Shown: positions 1-9,378 of the stretch, piece by piece
Layout of the letters: every line of letters starts with the position of its first letter
Position numbering within the stretch: position 1 is the stretch's first letter
Source of the DNA: a virus
IMG/VR virus record: IMGVR_UViG_3300045256_000173
Length of the DNA: 64,000 bases
Direction: 5' to 3' (one strand)
Notes under the pieces: model-generated
The model's database searches: none
Seen by the model: only the letters and a program-made list of their open reading frames with translations
Told to the model about the DNA's origin: nothing
Translations under genes and position numbers: made by a program

Positions 1-670
1 TGAGGTCGCGGGGCTGGTACACCTGGAACTCGATGTTCGTGCCGACTTGTTGGGTGCGGAACCCGACTCGGCCGCCGGCCGCGTTGGACATGCCCCGCAG
101 GTCGTCGGTGACCGGCTGGAAACGCGTCGTCCATGTGATCGACCCGGTGATCCCGGCCGAGGAGCCGAGGATCAGTTTCGGGATGCGTCGGGCGGCCAGG
201 GCGCCCGGGCCGCCGTTCAGGTTCACCAGGGTCCGCATCAGCGTCTCCGGGCTGCCCGTGGTCGTCCACTTCGCGACGTCCTGCGCGGTCGCGGCGAGGG
301 CGGGGTTCGGGTAGGACAGGCGGCCGGCGAGCAACGCCAGGTCGTCGGCGAATCTCACTGTGAGGTCGCCGTAGCCGTCGTCGCCGTGCTGCTCCGCCGA
401 CCAGTCCAGCGCGCCCGCGTACTCGATCGGCCCGGCCAACAGGATGACGCCGTTGCGTTCGACGACAGCCCGGGACATGGGGGTGCGGACCGCGGCGACC
501 AGGTCCGGGGCGGCCGGCGCGGTGAACTCGCCTGACGACACGTCGTTGTAGCGGAGGGTCAGGGAGATGGACGCCCAGTCGTCGACCTGCTGGGAGATGA
601 CGTTCAGGTTGTGGTCGGTGATCCAGATGACGTATTCCGCCTCGACGGGGGCGGGCCCATGCACTCCCAC
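1..670 (-). CDS. Minor tail protein (ReqiPepy6 Gp37-like), runs off the left edge
   Basis: Manually read GTG at 670, MGVHGPAPVEAEYVIWITDHNLNVISQQVDDWASISLTLRYNDVSSGEF; position directly after Dit. Confidence 0.7.
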   Translation of the reverse strand, partial: MGVHGPAPVEAEYVIWITDHNLNVISQQVDDWASISLTLRYNDVSSGEFTAPAAPDLVAAVRTPMSRAVVERNGVILLAGPIEYAGALDWSAEQHGDDGYGDLTVRFADDLALLAGRLSYPNPALAATAQDVAKWTTTGSPETLMRTLVNLNGGPGALAARRIPKLILGSSAGITGSITWTTRFQPVTDDLRGMSNAAGGRVGFRTQQVGTNIEFQVYQPRDL

Positions 671-673
671 CGG

Positions 674-1603
674 TCAGGCCGTTTCGTAGCGCGGATAGAA
701 ACTCAGCGTGATCTTCGTGCCCGCGCCGGACCCGGACACGGTGAACGTGATGTCGTTGACTCCCGGCTCCAGCCGCCACAGCGTCGACCCGGGCCGCTGC
801 AACGCGCCCGGCATGTCCCCAGACGGCCCGGTGACCCGACCCGGGTCGGTGGTGATGTCGATGTGCTCACCGGCGAGGAGGTTGTGCACGACGGTGAACT
901 GCTTGCCGAGGGTGTGGTTGACGGCGACGACCTGCGTCGCTGGACCGTCGATCCGCCACGTCGGCCACGCCTCCACCTCACCCGGGTTGGTGATCTCGGT
1001 GTCGCCGAGGACCTCACCGGACGACAGGCTCGGGAAGGGTGCCAGGTAGTCGACGCTCGCCCCGTAGGAGCGGGACACGACCACCTGCTGCGCGTCGCGC
1101 CAGAACCCGTCCGGGACGAGCAGGTTCAGCTCCGGGGTGTCGAAGGTTTGCCCCTGGCCGGGGGTGCCCTCCCACCCCGACTGGTACCAGGCGAGGACCT
1201 CCCGGGCGGTTCCGTCCGGGCGGGTCAGCCGGAACAGGCCCGGCCCGAGCCGGCGGGTCTTCGCGAACGCGACTCCGTAGGCCCGCCACTTCGCCAGGAA
1301 CTCCATGTGAGTGTTCCCGCGCAGCCGCACCGGCCACACGAGGGTCCGCTGCAGGGGGCGTACTCCCTGCACCCTCACCCCGCCACGCGGTTTCGGCTTC
1401 GTCTTGATCTCGACGGGGGTGATGCCGTAGCCGGTGACCGCGTTCATCGTGAACAGCTGGTTCCCGGGCGGGTTCAGCGCCCACTCGATCCCGTCGGGGT
1501 CGATCCACGACGGCACATACTCGCCCGGGTCGACCGGGACGGGCCACGTCGGCGCGGTGGGTGGGGTGGGGGTGACGGCACCGGACCCGACGAGCAGCGG
1601 CAT
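674..1603 (-). CDS. Distal tail protein (Dit-like)
   Basis: 309 aa after the tape measure; ends in typical TITNPGEVEAWPTWRIDGP...LWRLEPGVNDITF...FYPRYETA. Confidence 0.8.
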   Translation of the reverse strand: MPLLVGSGAVTPTPPTAPTWPVPVDPGEYVPSWIDPDGIEWALNPPGNQLFTMNAVTGYGITPVEIKTKPKPRGGVRVQGVRPLQRTLVWPVRLRGNTHMEFLAKWRAYGVAFAKTRRLGPGLFRLTRPDGTAREVLAWYQSGWEGTPGQGQTFDTPELNLLVPDGFWRDAQQVVVSRSYGASVDYLAPFPSLSSGEVLGDTEITNPGEVEAWPTWRIDGPATQVVAVNHTLGKQFTVVHNLLAGEHIDITTDPGRVTGPSGDMPGALQRPGSTLWRLEPGVNDITFTVSGSGAGTKITLSFYPRYETA

Positions 1604-1654
1604 CGCCCACCCCCACCCTCACCAACAGCCACGAGCAGACGGGAACGCGGGGGA

Positions 1655-4600
1655 TCAGTTCTTCCGGCCGACCCGGGCGCGGGCGTCCATCTGCCGGAGC
1701 AGCCCCTGAAGGTCGGCCAGGGTGAGCCGCTGCTGGCCGCCGTTCACGGTCAGCGTGTTGTGGATCGTCGTCGGGGACCCGCTGTCCCGGCCGGCCGGCA
1801 CGAACCGGCCGCCGTACCAGCCTGCACCGACGGACAGGATGTCCTCGCCGCGCTGGCGGGAACCCAGCCGGGGCAGGAACAACTCCCCGCCCGTGCCCCG
1901 CTCCGCGAACCCGTACAGGGTGCTGCCAGGCCCCCACATGCCGCCCTGCGACAACGCCATCGGCCCGTACACCCCGCCGATCCGGTTCGGGGTGAGAACC
2001 GCCTGGCCGTACTGCGCTATCAGCGAGTCGATCAGCCCCTTGCCCGCACCCGCACCGCCCAGAGCGGCCCTCAACCGGGCAATGTACGACTCGTACACCC
2101 CCGATGCGGCCTTCCGGTTCCCCGTCTGCTCCAGCACCGCCTGAGCGGCGTCCTGAGCGGCCTTCAGGTAGCCGAACAGCTCCGTCAGGTTCTCCCGGCC
2201 GGTGGCGTCCTTGATGTCGAACACCGGCTTGGTCAGGCTGAAATGGTCGACCAGGTCAGCGAGGGCACCCTCCGCGCGGATGCGGCCCTCCGCCGCGGCG
2301 ATGTTCCGCGACGAGCCGACCGGGACCGCCGGCGCCGGCAGGTCGTAGGAGGGCCGGCCCATCTGCCGGGTCAGCGCCGCGATGGTCGCCGCCGACACTT
2401 TCTGCTGCGCCAGCGCTCGCCGAAGCGCCGCGATGTGCGCGTCGTAGGCGGCGTTCGCGGCCTTCACCGACCCCGTCTCCGCGTACTTGGCCTGCGCGGC
2501 GTCCTGGGCGGCTTTGACAGCCGCGATCAGCGTGGAGTAGTTCTCCCGGCCCTTGGCGGTGGAGAGGCTGAAGCTGCGGCCGTTCTCCTTCAGCGCCGCG
2601 TTGAGTCGGGCGATCGCGTCGCGGGCGCTGATGGCCGCGTCGATGGACTCCAGCGCGGTGCCGCGCGTCCTGGTCGACGTCGACGACGACGGCGCGTACT
2701 GCACCAGCCCGGCCGCCGCCGCGGTGATGCCGCCGCCGGCCATGGCGATCACCTGGGCGTTGTTCCACGACGCGGCCTCGGCGAGGATGGCGAGGTTCCG
2801 GCGTCGGTCACCGCGGCGCGGGATGTACGCCTCCCCGCCGGTCTGCGGCTCGGCGAACTGCATCAGCGGCGGGTTGCTGGCGGGGTACACGTTGGCCTGC
2901 ATGACGCCGCCGCCGGCCATCGCGGTCGGGATGTGGATGCCGCCCCATCGGTTCTTGAGCTGCGTCCCGCCGGGCACCTTGAGGCTGCCAGCCTGACTGC
3001 CGGAGTTGATCCATCGCACCTGCCCGGTGATAGTGAAGTGCCGATCGCGGAACGAGTCCAGCACGGCCTTCGCGGCTCGCATCTCCCGCATCGCTTCGGC
3101 TGTCCTGACCCCGACGACCACCACCCTGCCGTCGGGAAGTTGGCGGATCTTGTAGATGACCTCGCCCACCTGGTTCTTCGCGGTGACAGCCCCCGGGGCT
3201 TCGATGTCCGTCGACTTCGCCGCCGGCATCTGCCCGTACGTGGCGATCAGCCGATCGATCTGCGCGTCGGTGAGCTTCGCGTTGTGCAGCGTCTTCCGCA
3301 GCCGGTCGATGTACTCGTTGTACACGGCGTTCGCCGCGTCGATGGAGTTGGTCTCCTGGTACTTCGCGTCGGCTGCCTTCGCGCCGGCGGTGATGAGCTC
3401 CAGTACGTTCTGCTTGTTCTCCCGCCCCTTGGCGGTGTTCGTGTCGAAGTCGGTGCCCTGCTTGTTGAGGGCCTTGCCGTTCTCCTTCAGCGACTTCGTC
3501 AGGTCGTCGACCTTCGCTTCGGCTTGGATCTCCGCGTCGGCGAAAGCGATGGTCTTCCCGTTGATCTCGTTGAACATGTCGATCAGGGACCGGCCGGACA
3601 GCACTGCCTTGTCCATCGACCCGGACAGCAGCTTCGTGCGCTGACTCAGCGCCCCGACAGCGCTCTCAGAGCCGTGGGCCCGATCCTGTAGGCGGGTCAG
3701 CTCCCCGGTGGTGCGCGGCAACAGCTTCGCCAGCTCGTCGGCGTTCAGACCTGACTGGGCAAGGACCCTGTTCCACGCCTCTGTCGTGCCGGTGGTGTCG
3801 TTGGTGCGCTGGGCGTACTCGGAGATCGCCGCGTCGAGGGCCTGGAAGCGCTCGACGCTGCCGAGGAAGCTTCCGCCCTGGAAAATCTCGTTGAGGGACT
3901 TCACGGCGGGGATGACGCTCTCGATGCTGCGGCCCACCTTGGCGATGAACCCGTCGCTGGCCGCCGCGCCGGCGGCCTTGTTGAGGCTGTCGAGGTTCTC
4001 ACCGAACACGCGTGCCAGCTCGCCCGACACGTCGCCGGTCTTCGCAAACCGCTCCACCGAGTCAGTCAGCGCGTCGACGTTCGCGGCGGCCGGCTCGAAC
4101 TGCTCGAACACCACGCCGACGAGCTGAAGCGCAAGCAGCACGTTCAGGGCGCGGCCGGCTGCTCCAACGAACCCGGTCAGCGCACGGCCGGCGGTCTGGC
4201 CCGCCACGCCCAGCCCTGCGAGTTTCGTCGCTGCCGCGCTGACCGTCGTACCCATCGTGGCGGCAGCCTCGCTGACCTTCTTCATCGCCAGCGTCAGACC
4301 CAACGCCGCCAACGCGAACGACTGGGCCTCGTCGGGCAGCATCTGAAACAGGTCGAAAACGATCTTGAGCGTTTGTGACCCGGCGGCGAGGATGTCGAAC
4401 AGGGTGGCCACCGCCTCCCGGGTGCCCGGGTCGGCGAGGGCGTCCCGGGCGATCTGCGCCAGCGGCCCCAGCACCTCCGACAGCCCCTCATACGCGGTGG
4501 TGACCGTGTCGACGATGCCAGCGATGTCCTCCGCCGACCGGCCCGACGCCACGTAGGCGTCGAGGGCGGAGGCGGTGGAGGCGATCGCGCTGTTCTGCCG

Positions 4601-5542
4601 GTTCGCCGCCGACACCACCTGGCCGGTGATCGTCAGCAAGTCCCCGGCGATGGACAGCAGCGCCCCCGCCGACTCGGCGCCGGAGCGGAAGAAGTCGTCG
4701 AGGCTACCCGACTGGCGGGCCCGTTGGATGCCGCCGATGAACCCGTCGATCGCGCCGACCAGCCGGTCACCGATCACCCTGGCGAGAGGGTCGGCGGACA
4801 TGGCCAGCATGCCCAGCGACTGCGCGAACGGCTGGATACGCCGGTTCACCTGGTCAAGGAAGCGGTCAGTGCTGGCGGTGACCGTGCCGAAGGCGTTCAG
4901 CACCGTCGGGTCAGTGGCCGCGTCGGTGATCGCCGTCCACGCCTCCGACCAGTCATCGGCCAACACGAGCACCTGCCGGGACACCTCCGGCAGCGTCACC
5001 TTCGCCAGCCGGTCGAGGTTCCCGGCCGCCGACGCGAACGTGGCCCCCTGCAACGACTGCTGGGCGGCGAGGAGCTGCGGCTTCAACCGGCCGACCTCGT
5101 TGACCAGGGCCCGCGCCGACGGGGCCAGCCGGGCGTACGGGTCGTCTGTCTTGAACAGCTCCTTGGTGGCGTCGCTGACCCCGATGGTGGACACCTTCAG
5201 CGTGCCCATCGCCGCCGCCGCCCCACCGAGGATCCCCGGCAGGGTGCCAACGCCTGCGCCGGCGGCGACCGCGGCCGGCGCCAGGTACTGCAGAGCCCCG
5301 CCCGCGCCGAGCGCCGCCGCGGTGGTGATCAGCGACGCGCGGCGTACGCCCTCACCCCACACCTGGACGTCTTTCGCGGACTTCGTCAGGTCGTCGCCGG
5401 TCTTGCGGGACGTGTGACCGAGCTGCACCTGCGCCTCGCGCAGCTGCCGCGTGGCGCGGCTGGCGTCGTTGCTGCCCGAGACGTAATCCCGCACCAGCAT
5501 CCGCAGGCGCACCGACACGGTCCGATCAGTCACCGCCGCCAC
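1655..5542 (-). CDS. Tape measure protein
   Basis: 1295 aa, Ala-rich and helical; N-terminal DRTVSVRLR; FAEPQTGGEAYIP motif; follows the tail chaperones. Confidence 0.95.
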   Translation of the reverse strand: MAAVTDRTVSVRLRMLVRDYVSGSNDASRATRQLREAQVQLGHTSRKTGDDLTKSAKDVQVWGEGVRRASLITTAAALGAGGALQYLAPAAVAAGAGVGTLPGILGGAAAAMGTLKVSTIGVSDATKELFKTDDPYARLAPSARALVNEVGRLKPQLLAAQQSLQGATFASAAGNLDRLAKVTLPEVSRQVLVLADDWSEAWTAITDAATDPTVLNAFGTVTASTDRFLDQVNRRIQPFAQSLGMLAMSADPLARVIGDRLVGAIDGFIGGIQRARQSGSLDDFFRSGAESAGALLSIAGDLLTITGQVVSAANRQNSAIASTASALDAYVASGRSAEDIAGIVDTVTTAYEGLSEVLGPLAQIARDALADPGTREAVATLFDILAAGSQTLKIVFDLFQMLPDEAQSFALAALGLTLAMKKVSEAAATMGTTVSAAATKLAGLGVAGQTAGRALTGFVGAAGRALNVLLALQLVGVVFEQFEPAAANVDALTDSVERFAKTGDVSGELARVFGENLDSLNKAAGAAASDGFIAKVGRSIESVIPAVKSLNEIFQGGSFLGSVERFQALDAAISEYAQRTNDTTGTTEAWNRVLAQSGLNADELAKLLPRTTGELTRLQDRAHGSESAVGALSQRTKLLSGSMDKAVLSGRSLIDMFNEINGKTIAFADAEIQAEAKVDDLTKSLKENGKALNKQGTDFDTNTAKGRENKQNVLELITAGAKAADAKYQETNSIDAANAVYNEYIDRLRKTLHNAKLTDAQIDRLIATYGQMPAAKSTDIEAPGAVTAKNQVGEVIYKIRQLPDGRVVVVGVRTAEAMREMRAAKAVLDSFRDRHFTITGQVRWINSGSQAGSLKVPGGTQLKNRWGGIHIPTAMAGGGVMQANVYPASNPPLMQFAEPQTGGEAYIPRRGDRRRNLAILAEAASWNNAQVIAMAGGGITAAAAGLVQYAPSSSTSTRTRGTALESIDAAISARDAIARLNAALKENGRSFSLSTAKGRENYSTLIAAVKAAQDAAQAKYAETGSVKAANAAYDAHIAALRRALAQQKVSAATIAALTRQMGRPSYDLPAPAVPVGSSRNIAAAEGRIRAEGALADLVDHFSLTKPVFDIKDATGRENLTELFGYLKAAQDAAQAVLEQTGNRKAASGVYESYIARLRAALGGAGAGKGLIDSLIAQYGQAVLTPNRIGGVYGPMALSQGGMWGPGSTLYGFAERGTGGELFLPRLGSRQRGEDILSVGAGWYGGRFVPAGRDSGSPTTIHNTLTVNGGQQRLTLADLQGLLRQMDARARVGRKN

Positions 5543-6014
5543 CCCCTCGCCTACGGCCCCGGCGGCGTGCCGGCCGTTCGACCAGCACCGCGGTGTGAAT
5601 CAGGTACGGGGCCTGGCCGGGGTCGGCCTTCGACCACTTCTGCTCGGACTTGGTGAGGACCTTGCAGTGCAGACACTCGATCGGCTGCTCCGCGACGTAC
5701 ATGCGCGGCGCGGCCGGGTTGTCCGGGTCGTTGTCCGGGTCGGTGGTCTCGGCGAGAGTGTGCCCGCACTTGCGGCACAGGCCGGCCTCATACCAGTCGA
5801 GGGCGAGCATCCACGCCCGCTCCCGGCCCGTCCACGGCGACTCCCGACGGCTCACCCACGCGGCCGGCCGGCCCTGCTCGTCCCACGCCGTGACCTGCGT
5901 GTGCTCGCGGGGTGTCCAGCCGTCGAACTCGCGCAGGCTGATCCCGAGGGTTCGCGCTGCGGTCAGTTTCCGCCGGAGGTCGGGCGATCCGGCGATCCGC
6001 TCGGCGAGAAAGGG
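5526..6014 (-). CDS. Tail assembly chaperone frameshift extension (gpT-like part of gpGT)
   Basis: The -1 frame from the slippery site reads PFLAERIAGSPDLRRKL...WYEAGLCRKCGH and ends overlapping the TMP start. Confidence 0.8.
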   Translation of the reverse strand, partial: PFLAERIAGSPDLRRKLTAARTLGISLREFDGWTPREHTQVTAWDEQGRPAAWVSRRESPWTGRERAWMLALDWYEAGLCRKCGHTLAETTDPDNDPDNPAAPRMYVAEQPIECLHCKVLTKSEQKWSKADPGQAPYLIHTAVLVERPARRRGRRRGGGGGD

Positions 6015-6526
6015 ACATCGTCGTCCGTCTGGTTGATCGCCCACGCCTCGTTGGCGAGCTTGTTGAACTGGGCGTCGGACAGCTTCGCGTACAGCTTTTG
6101 CCACCGCTCGCCGGTCAGCTCCGGCGACACGATCGACTTGCGGACCAGGGCGGGGAAGAACGTGTCGTAGTTGACGCCGATCATGTCCCGGGGGTTCCGT
6201 TTGCCGGTCTGCCGGTCGGTGCGCGGCGGGTGCTCGGCGAACAGGTCGGTCCACTCCGGCTTCGGCAGGGCCCGCAGCGTGAACTCGACCGTGTAGGGGC
6301 GCATCTTCTCGACCACGCGGTCCAGGTCCGGCTGCTCCGGGTCCGGCGCGTCGTCTCGGGTGGCGAGCCGGTCGTCGCCCGGCACCTTCTGCGCGTCGCG
6401 GGCGGCTGTCCGCTCGTCGATGCGGGCCTTGATGCGGGCGTGTTCGGCGCGGAGCTTCCCGTTGAAGCACAGCGCGATGGTCGTCTCGGCGAGGGTCGCA
6501 TCGTCGAGGAGGGCGTCGAAATCCAT
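5963..6526 (-). CDS. Tail assembly chaperone (gpG-like)
   Basis: ATG at 6526 with GGGGAG RBS; lies between tail tube and TMP. Confidence 0.85.
   Translation of the reverse strand: MDFDALLDDATLAETTIALCFNGKLRAEHARIKARIDERTAARDAQKVPGDDRLATRDDAPDPEQPDLDRVVEKMRPYTVEFTLRALPKPEWTDLFAEHPPRTDRQTGKRNPRDMIGVNYDTFFPALVRKSIVSPELTGERWQKLYAKLSDAQFNKLANEAWAINQTDDDVPFSPSGSPDRPTSGGN
6008..6014 (-). other. Programmed -1 ribosomal frameshift heptamer C CCT TTC
   Basis: X XXY YYZ in frame (GTC CCT TTC) near the 3' end of the chaperone gene; the -1 frame is open to the TMP start. Confidence 0.8.
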
Positions 6527-6553
6527 GGTCGCTCCCCAGCGTCCTGGTAGGGG

Positions 6554-6586
6554 TACGGGCCGCACCCGGTGTGGGTGCGGCCCGTA
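6554..6586 (-). terminator. Stem-loop after the tail tube gene
   Basis: Perfect 14-bp stem TACGGGCCGCACCC/GGGTGCGGCCCGTA with a 5-nt loop. Confidence 0.7.
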
Positions 6587-6612
6587 TGGAAGGTGAGGTG
6601 GAGGGGCGCCGG

Positions 6613-7119
6613 TCAGGGACCGGCGACGACGGCGACGTCCCGGTGGACCTTGCCGGTCACGAACGGCTTCTGCGTGATCTTGTGCACCGCGTTGCGGGCG
6701 GGCGTGTTCTTCCGCTGCGCGCCCATCTCCACCGGATACACGTCGACCAGGTCACCGGTCGCGAACGCGTCCTCCGAGTCGACACCCCACCGCAGCACGA
6801 TGAAGCCCTGCGTGCCCGGCGGCAGCGCGAGACGCGCCTCGTCGTCGTCCGCCGACGCCGGGTTGAACACGTACGTGAACTCGAGCATGTCCGTGAAGTC
6901 GCCCCGCGACTCGTACACCTGCTTCGAGCACAGGCGCGGGTCCTCGATCGAGTTCTCCGACGTGTCGGTCGTGAGGCCGTCTCCGGTCAGGTAGCAGGAC
7001 AGGTCGACCGACGACACGGCGTTGATCTCGGTGACCTTCGGGGCGGCGGGGTTCGCGATCGCGGTCACGAACTTCGCGGCGACGGTGCCGTTCGTGGAGA
7101 CGGCGACGGGCATCGTCAT
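6613..7119 (-). CDS. Major tail (tube) protein
   Basis: 168 aa; VDLSCYLTGDG...FIVLRWGV...GDLVDVYPVEMG actinophage tube signature and position. Confidence 0.88.
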   Translation of the reverse strand: MTMPVAVSTNGTVAAKFVTAIANPAAPKVTEINAVSSVDLSCYLTGDGLTTDTSENSIEDPRLCSKQVYESRGDFTDMLEFTYVFNPASADDDEARLALPPGTQGFIVLRWGVDSEDAFATGDLVDVYPVEMGAQRKNTPARNAVHKITQKPFVTGKVHRDVAVVAGP

Positions 7120-7433
7120 GAGCGGGTACCGCCCTTCGGCTTCGGCGTGATGGTGGTCGGGGTGGCCTCACCGGTCGACGGCGGCGGCGCGCCCTCGTCG
7201 GCGGGGGTGCGGGTGGCGTCGTTGCCGGCCAGGTCGGTGCGGTACTTCGGGCGGCGGGCCCGGCCGGTGTAGTTCGGCTCGACCCCGTCGACGGGGGTCA
7301 TGCCGTCGCGGAGGGCGGTCTCGAGGACGTCGTACCGGTGGCCGGTGTCGTCGTCCTGGACCCAGATGAACGGTGTGCGGCCGCGGTCGTCGATGCGTGG
7401 CGTCCGCCGGCCGCCGAGGCGGTCGTCAGCCAT
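7116..7433 (-). CDS. Hypothetical protein (WVQDDDTGHRYDV motif)
   Basis: ATG at 7433 with GAGAGG RBS; ATGA overlap with the tail tube gene. Confidence 0.65.
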   Translation of the reverse strand: MADDRLGGRRTPRIDDRGRTPFIWVQDDDTGHRYDVLETALRDGMTPVDGVEPNYTGRARRPKYRTDLAGNDATRTPADEGAPPPSTGEATPTTITPKPKGGTRS

Positions 7434-7447
7434 GGCTGTTTCCTCTC

Positions 7448-7903
7448 TCAGGGGGTGCGGGTGGGTGAGCTGTGCAGGGTGAAGAACAGGGGGGTGAAGT
7501 AGGCGAGCCGGCCGTCCGGCGAGCGGACATTCGGATCCGGCTGCGGCGCCGGGGGAACACCTGGCTCCAGCTCGGCGTCCCCGCACCTGCGGCCGGCGAT
7601 GACCGGCCGGCGCCGGTGCACCGCCCGGCGGGCCCGGTCGGCGGCGCCCAGCACATCGGTGGTGGTGAGCCCGACACAGGTGACCTGGGTTCGGGTCCAC
7701 ACCTCCCCGGCGTCGCCGCGGATCCGCTCGGACAAGGGCTGCGCGGGGGTACCCCACACCACGTAGTGCGGGTACTCGACCTCTTCGTCGGAGGGCGGCC
7801 CGCCCTCGTAGGCGGGGAAGCCGGTGCCGGTGCGGAGCATCGCGGCGAGCGCGGCGGAGTGCTCAACGGACGGCTCGATCGACGGTGCGACCACCGACCT
7901 CAC
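7448..7903 (-). CDS. Tail terminator (DUF3168-like)
   Basis: YPHYVVW...TRTQVTCVG motif and neck-module position. Confidence 0.75.
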   Translation of the reverse strand: MRSVVAPSIEPSVEHSAALAAMLRTGTGFPAYEGGPPSDEEVEYPHYVVWGTPAQPLSERIRGDAGEVWTRTQVTCVGLTTTDVLGAADRARRAVHRRRPVIAGRRCGDAELEPGVPPAPQPDPNVRSPDGRLAYFTPLFFTLHSSPTRTP

Positions 7904-7909
7904 CGCCTC

Positions 7910-8284
7910 TCAGTCGAGCGGGTCGGAGATCGCCTCCACGGCGGCGTGGAAGTCGGGAGAAACCCGGTCTAGGGCCGGCCCCATGAAGGCATGCGGCGCC
8001 ATGCGGCTGGTGCCCCACTCGACGTAGCCGGCGTAACTGGCGGTCGCGCTGATCACCGCCTCCATGGCGCCGAACCGTCCATCCCCGTGGAACTCCGGCG
8101 GGCCGATGGTGCCCTTCAGGTGCCCGGTGTCGACGGGAACGAGCTGCTTCGCCCACGCCTCCACCTTCAGCGCAGCCGCCCGCACTACAGCCGATCCCTT
8201 CGCGCCGACGCGTCCACCCGCCGTCCGCAGCTCCGCCTCGACGGTGTTCAGCTCGTCCACGCCTTCGAACCAGACCGAAGCCAC
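7910..8284 (-). CDS. HK97 gp10-like neck/tail completion protein
   Basis: LVPVDTGHLKGTI...YAGYVEWGTSRMAPHAFMGPA signature. Confidence 0.92.
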   Translation of the reverse strand: MASVWFEGVDELNTVEAELRTAGGRVGAKGSAVVRAAALKVEAWAKQLVPVDTGHLKGTIGPPEFHGDGRFGAMEAVISATASYAGYVEWGTSRMAPHAFMGPALDRVSPDFHAAVEAISDPLD

Positions 8285-8287
8285 GTC

Positions 8288-8734
8288 TCACCCCCGCCGC
8301 GCGCTGGGCTCCTCGATGTCGCAGCCGACGTTGCGCTGCCACGACAGACCGGACCGGGGCACATCCACCACCCGCAGCCGCACCCGTTCGAGGCTCGGAT
8401 CGCCGGCGCAGCCGTCGACCTCCCACATGTCCCGCACCCGCGGTGCCGGGCAGTCGGCGGGCAGCACCAGCAGGTAGCCGCCCAGCGTCACCACCCGATC
8501 CGCCTGCACCGTCGAGCCGCCGGTGCTCGCACGTATCCGCGCCGATCCCTGCCACAGCACCTGCGGGTCAGCGAAGACCGTCTTGCCTGACACCGGATCG
8601 CGGGTACCTGCGTCGTCGAGGCGCAGCAGCCGACCCGAGACGGTCATCGCCGACTCAGATACCGGCCGGTGATGGGCCTCGAACCGGGCATGGATCAACG
8701 GCGAGTTTGGCAACGGCACCGTCACCACCCCCAC
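8288..8734 (-). CDS. Head closure / stopper protein (DUF6093-like)
   Basis: Position; LWQGSARI...YLLVLP...RLRVVDV pattern. Confidence 0.7.
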   Translation of the reverse strand: MGVVTVPLPNSPLIHARFEAHHRPVSESAMTVSGRLLRLDDAGTRDPVSGKTVFADPQVLWQGSARIRASTGGSTVQADRVVTLGGYLLVLPADCPAPRVRDMWEVDGCAGDPSLERVRLRVVDVPRSGLSWQRNVGCDIEEPSARRG

Positions 8735-9378
8735 CGGTACGCGGCGAGTGGGTCGAAATCGACCACGTCCATCGCGAAGTCGTCCGCCAGCTCCACCTCG
8801 GCGGCGGCCTGCGCGCGGAGCTGCTTCGCTGACTCGCGGAGTTCCCGACCGACAGATGGCCCGTCCGTCGACAGGTCCTGCGTCGTAATGCGTTTCGCGA
8901 TCAGCACCTCAGACCGGGCGATCGTCTCCAACGCCGTCGCCGCGGCCCGCTTCACGACGTGGCCTTCCATCACCAGGAACGCCGTGATCTGCGGGTCGGT
9001 GAACAGCGGGGCGACCTCGTTCAGGTCGGTGACCAGTAGCCGCACCTGCCCGATCGGCGACGTCGGATCGAGGGTGATCGGCGGCGCGCCCGTACTCTCC
9101 CGGCTCACCACGAAGCTGCCGGCGACCGCGCCGGCCGGGACGCCGTCGACCTCGGCGGTCAGCCGGTAGCCGTGCTCCCCGGCCGCCGTAGGAGAGTAGG
9201 TGGCCCGCCACGTGTGCGACCCGTCGACGTGGTCGATGGTCATCGCCGCGGACGTGCCGTCCGGGCGGCGCGCCACACCCGTCACGGTTGCCGCCGTCAA
9301 CGGCGCCCCGGCGGTCACCGTGACCAGGTCCCATTCGAGGACGAACACGCCGCCCACCCACAGCTCCCGGACGGTCAT
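8722..9378 (-). CDS. Head-tail connector with an N-terminal Ig/BppU-like domain
   Basis: C-half PIGQVRLLVTD..PLFTDPQITAFL..GHVVKRAAATALETIA is connector-like; N-half is beta-rich (RRPDGT...WRATYSPTAAGEHGYR). Confidence 0.75.
   Translation of the reverse strand: MTVRELWVGGVFVLEWDLVTVTAGAPLTAATVTGVARRPDGTSAAMTIDHVDGSHTWRATYSPTAAGEHGYRLTAEVDGVPAGAVAGSFVVSRESTGAPPITLDPTSPIGQVRLLVTDLNEVAPLFTDPQITAFLVMEGHVVKRAAATALETIARSEVLIAKRITTQDLSTDGPSVGRELRESAKQLRAQAAAEVELADDFAMDVVDFDPLAAYRWGW

Noticed and set aside
611-3691. 1026-aa plus-strand ORF and many other long plus-strand ORFs across the phage
   Set aside because: Antisense shadows of real minus-strand genes in ~72% GC DNA; Arg/Pro/Gly-rich with no motifs or RBS
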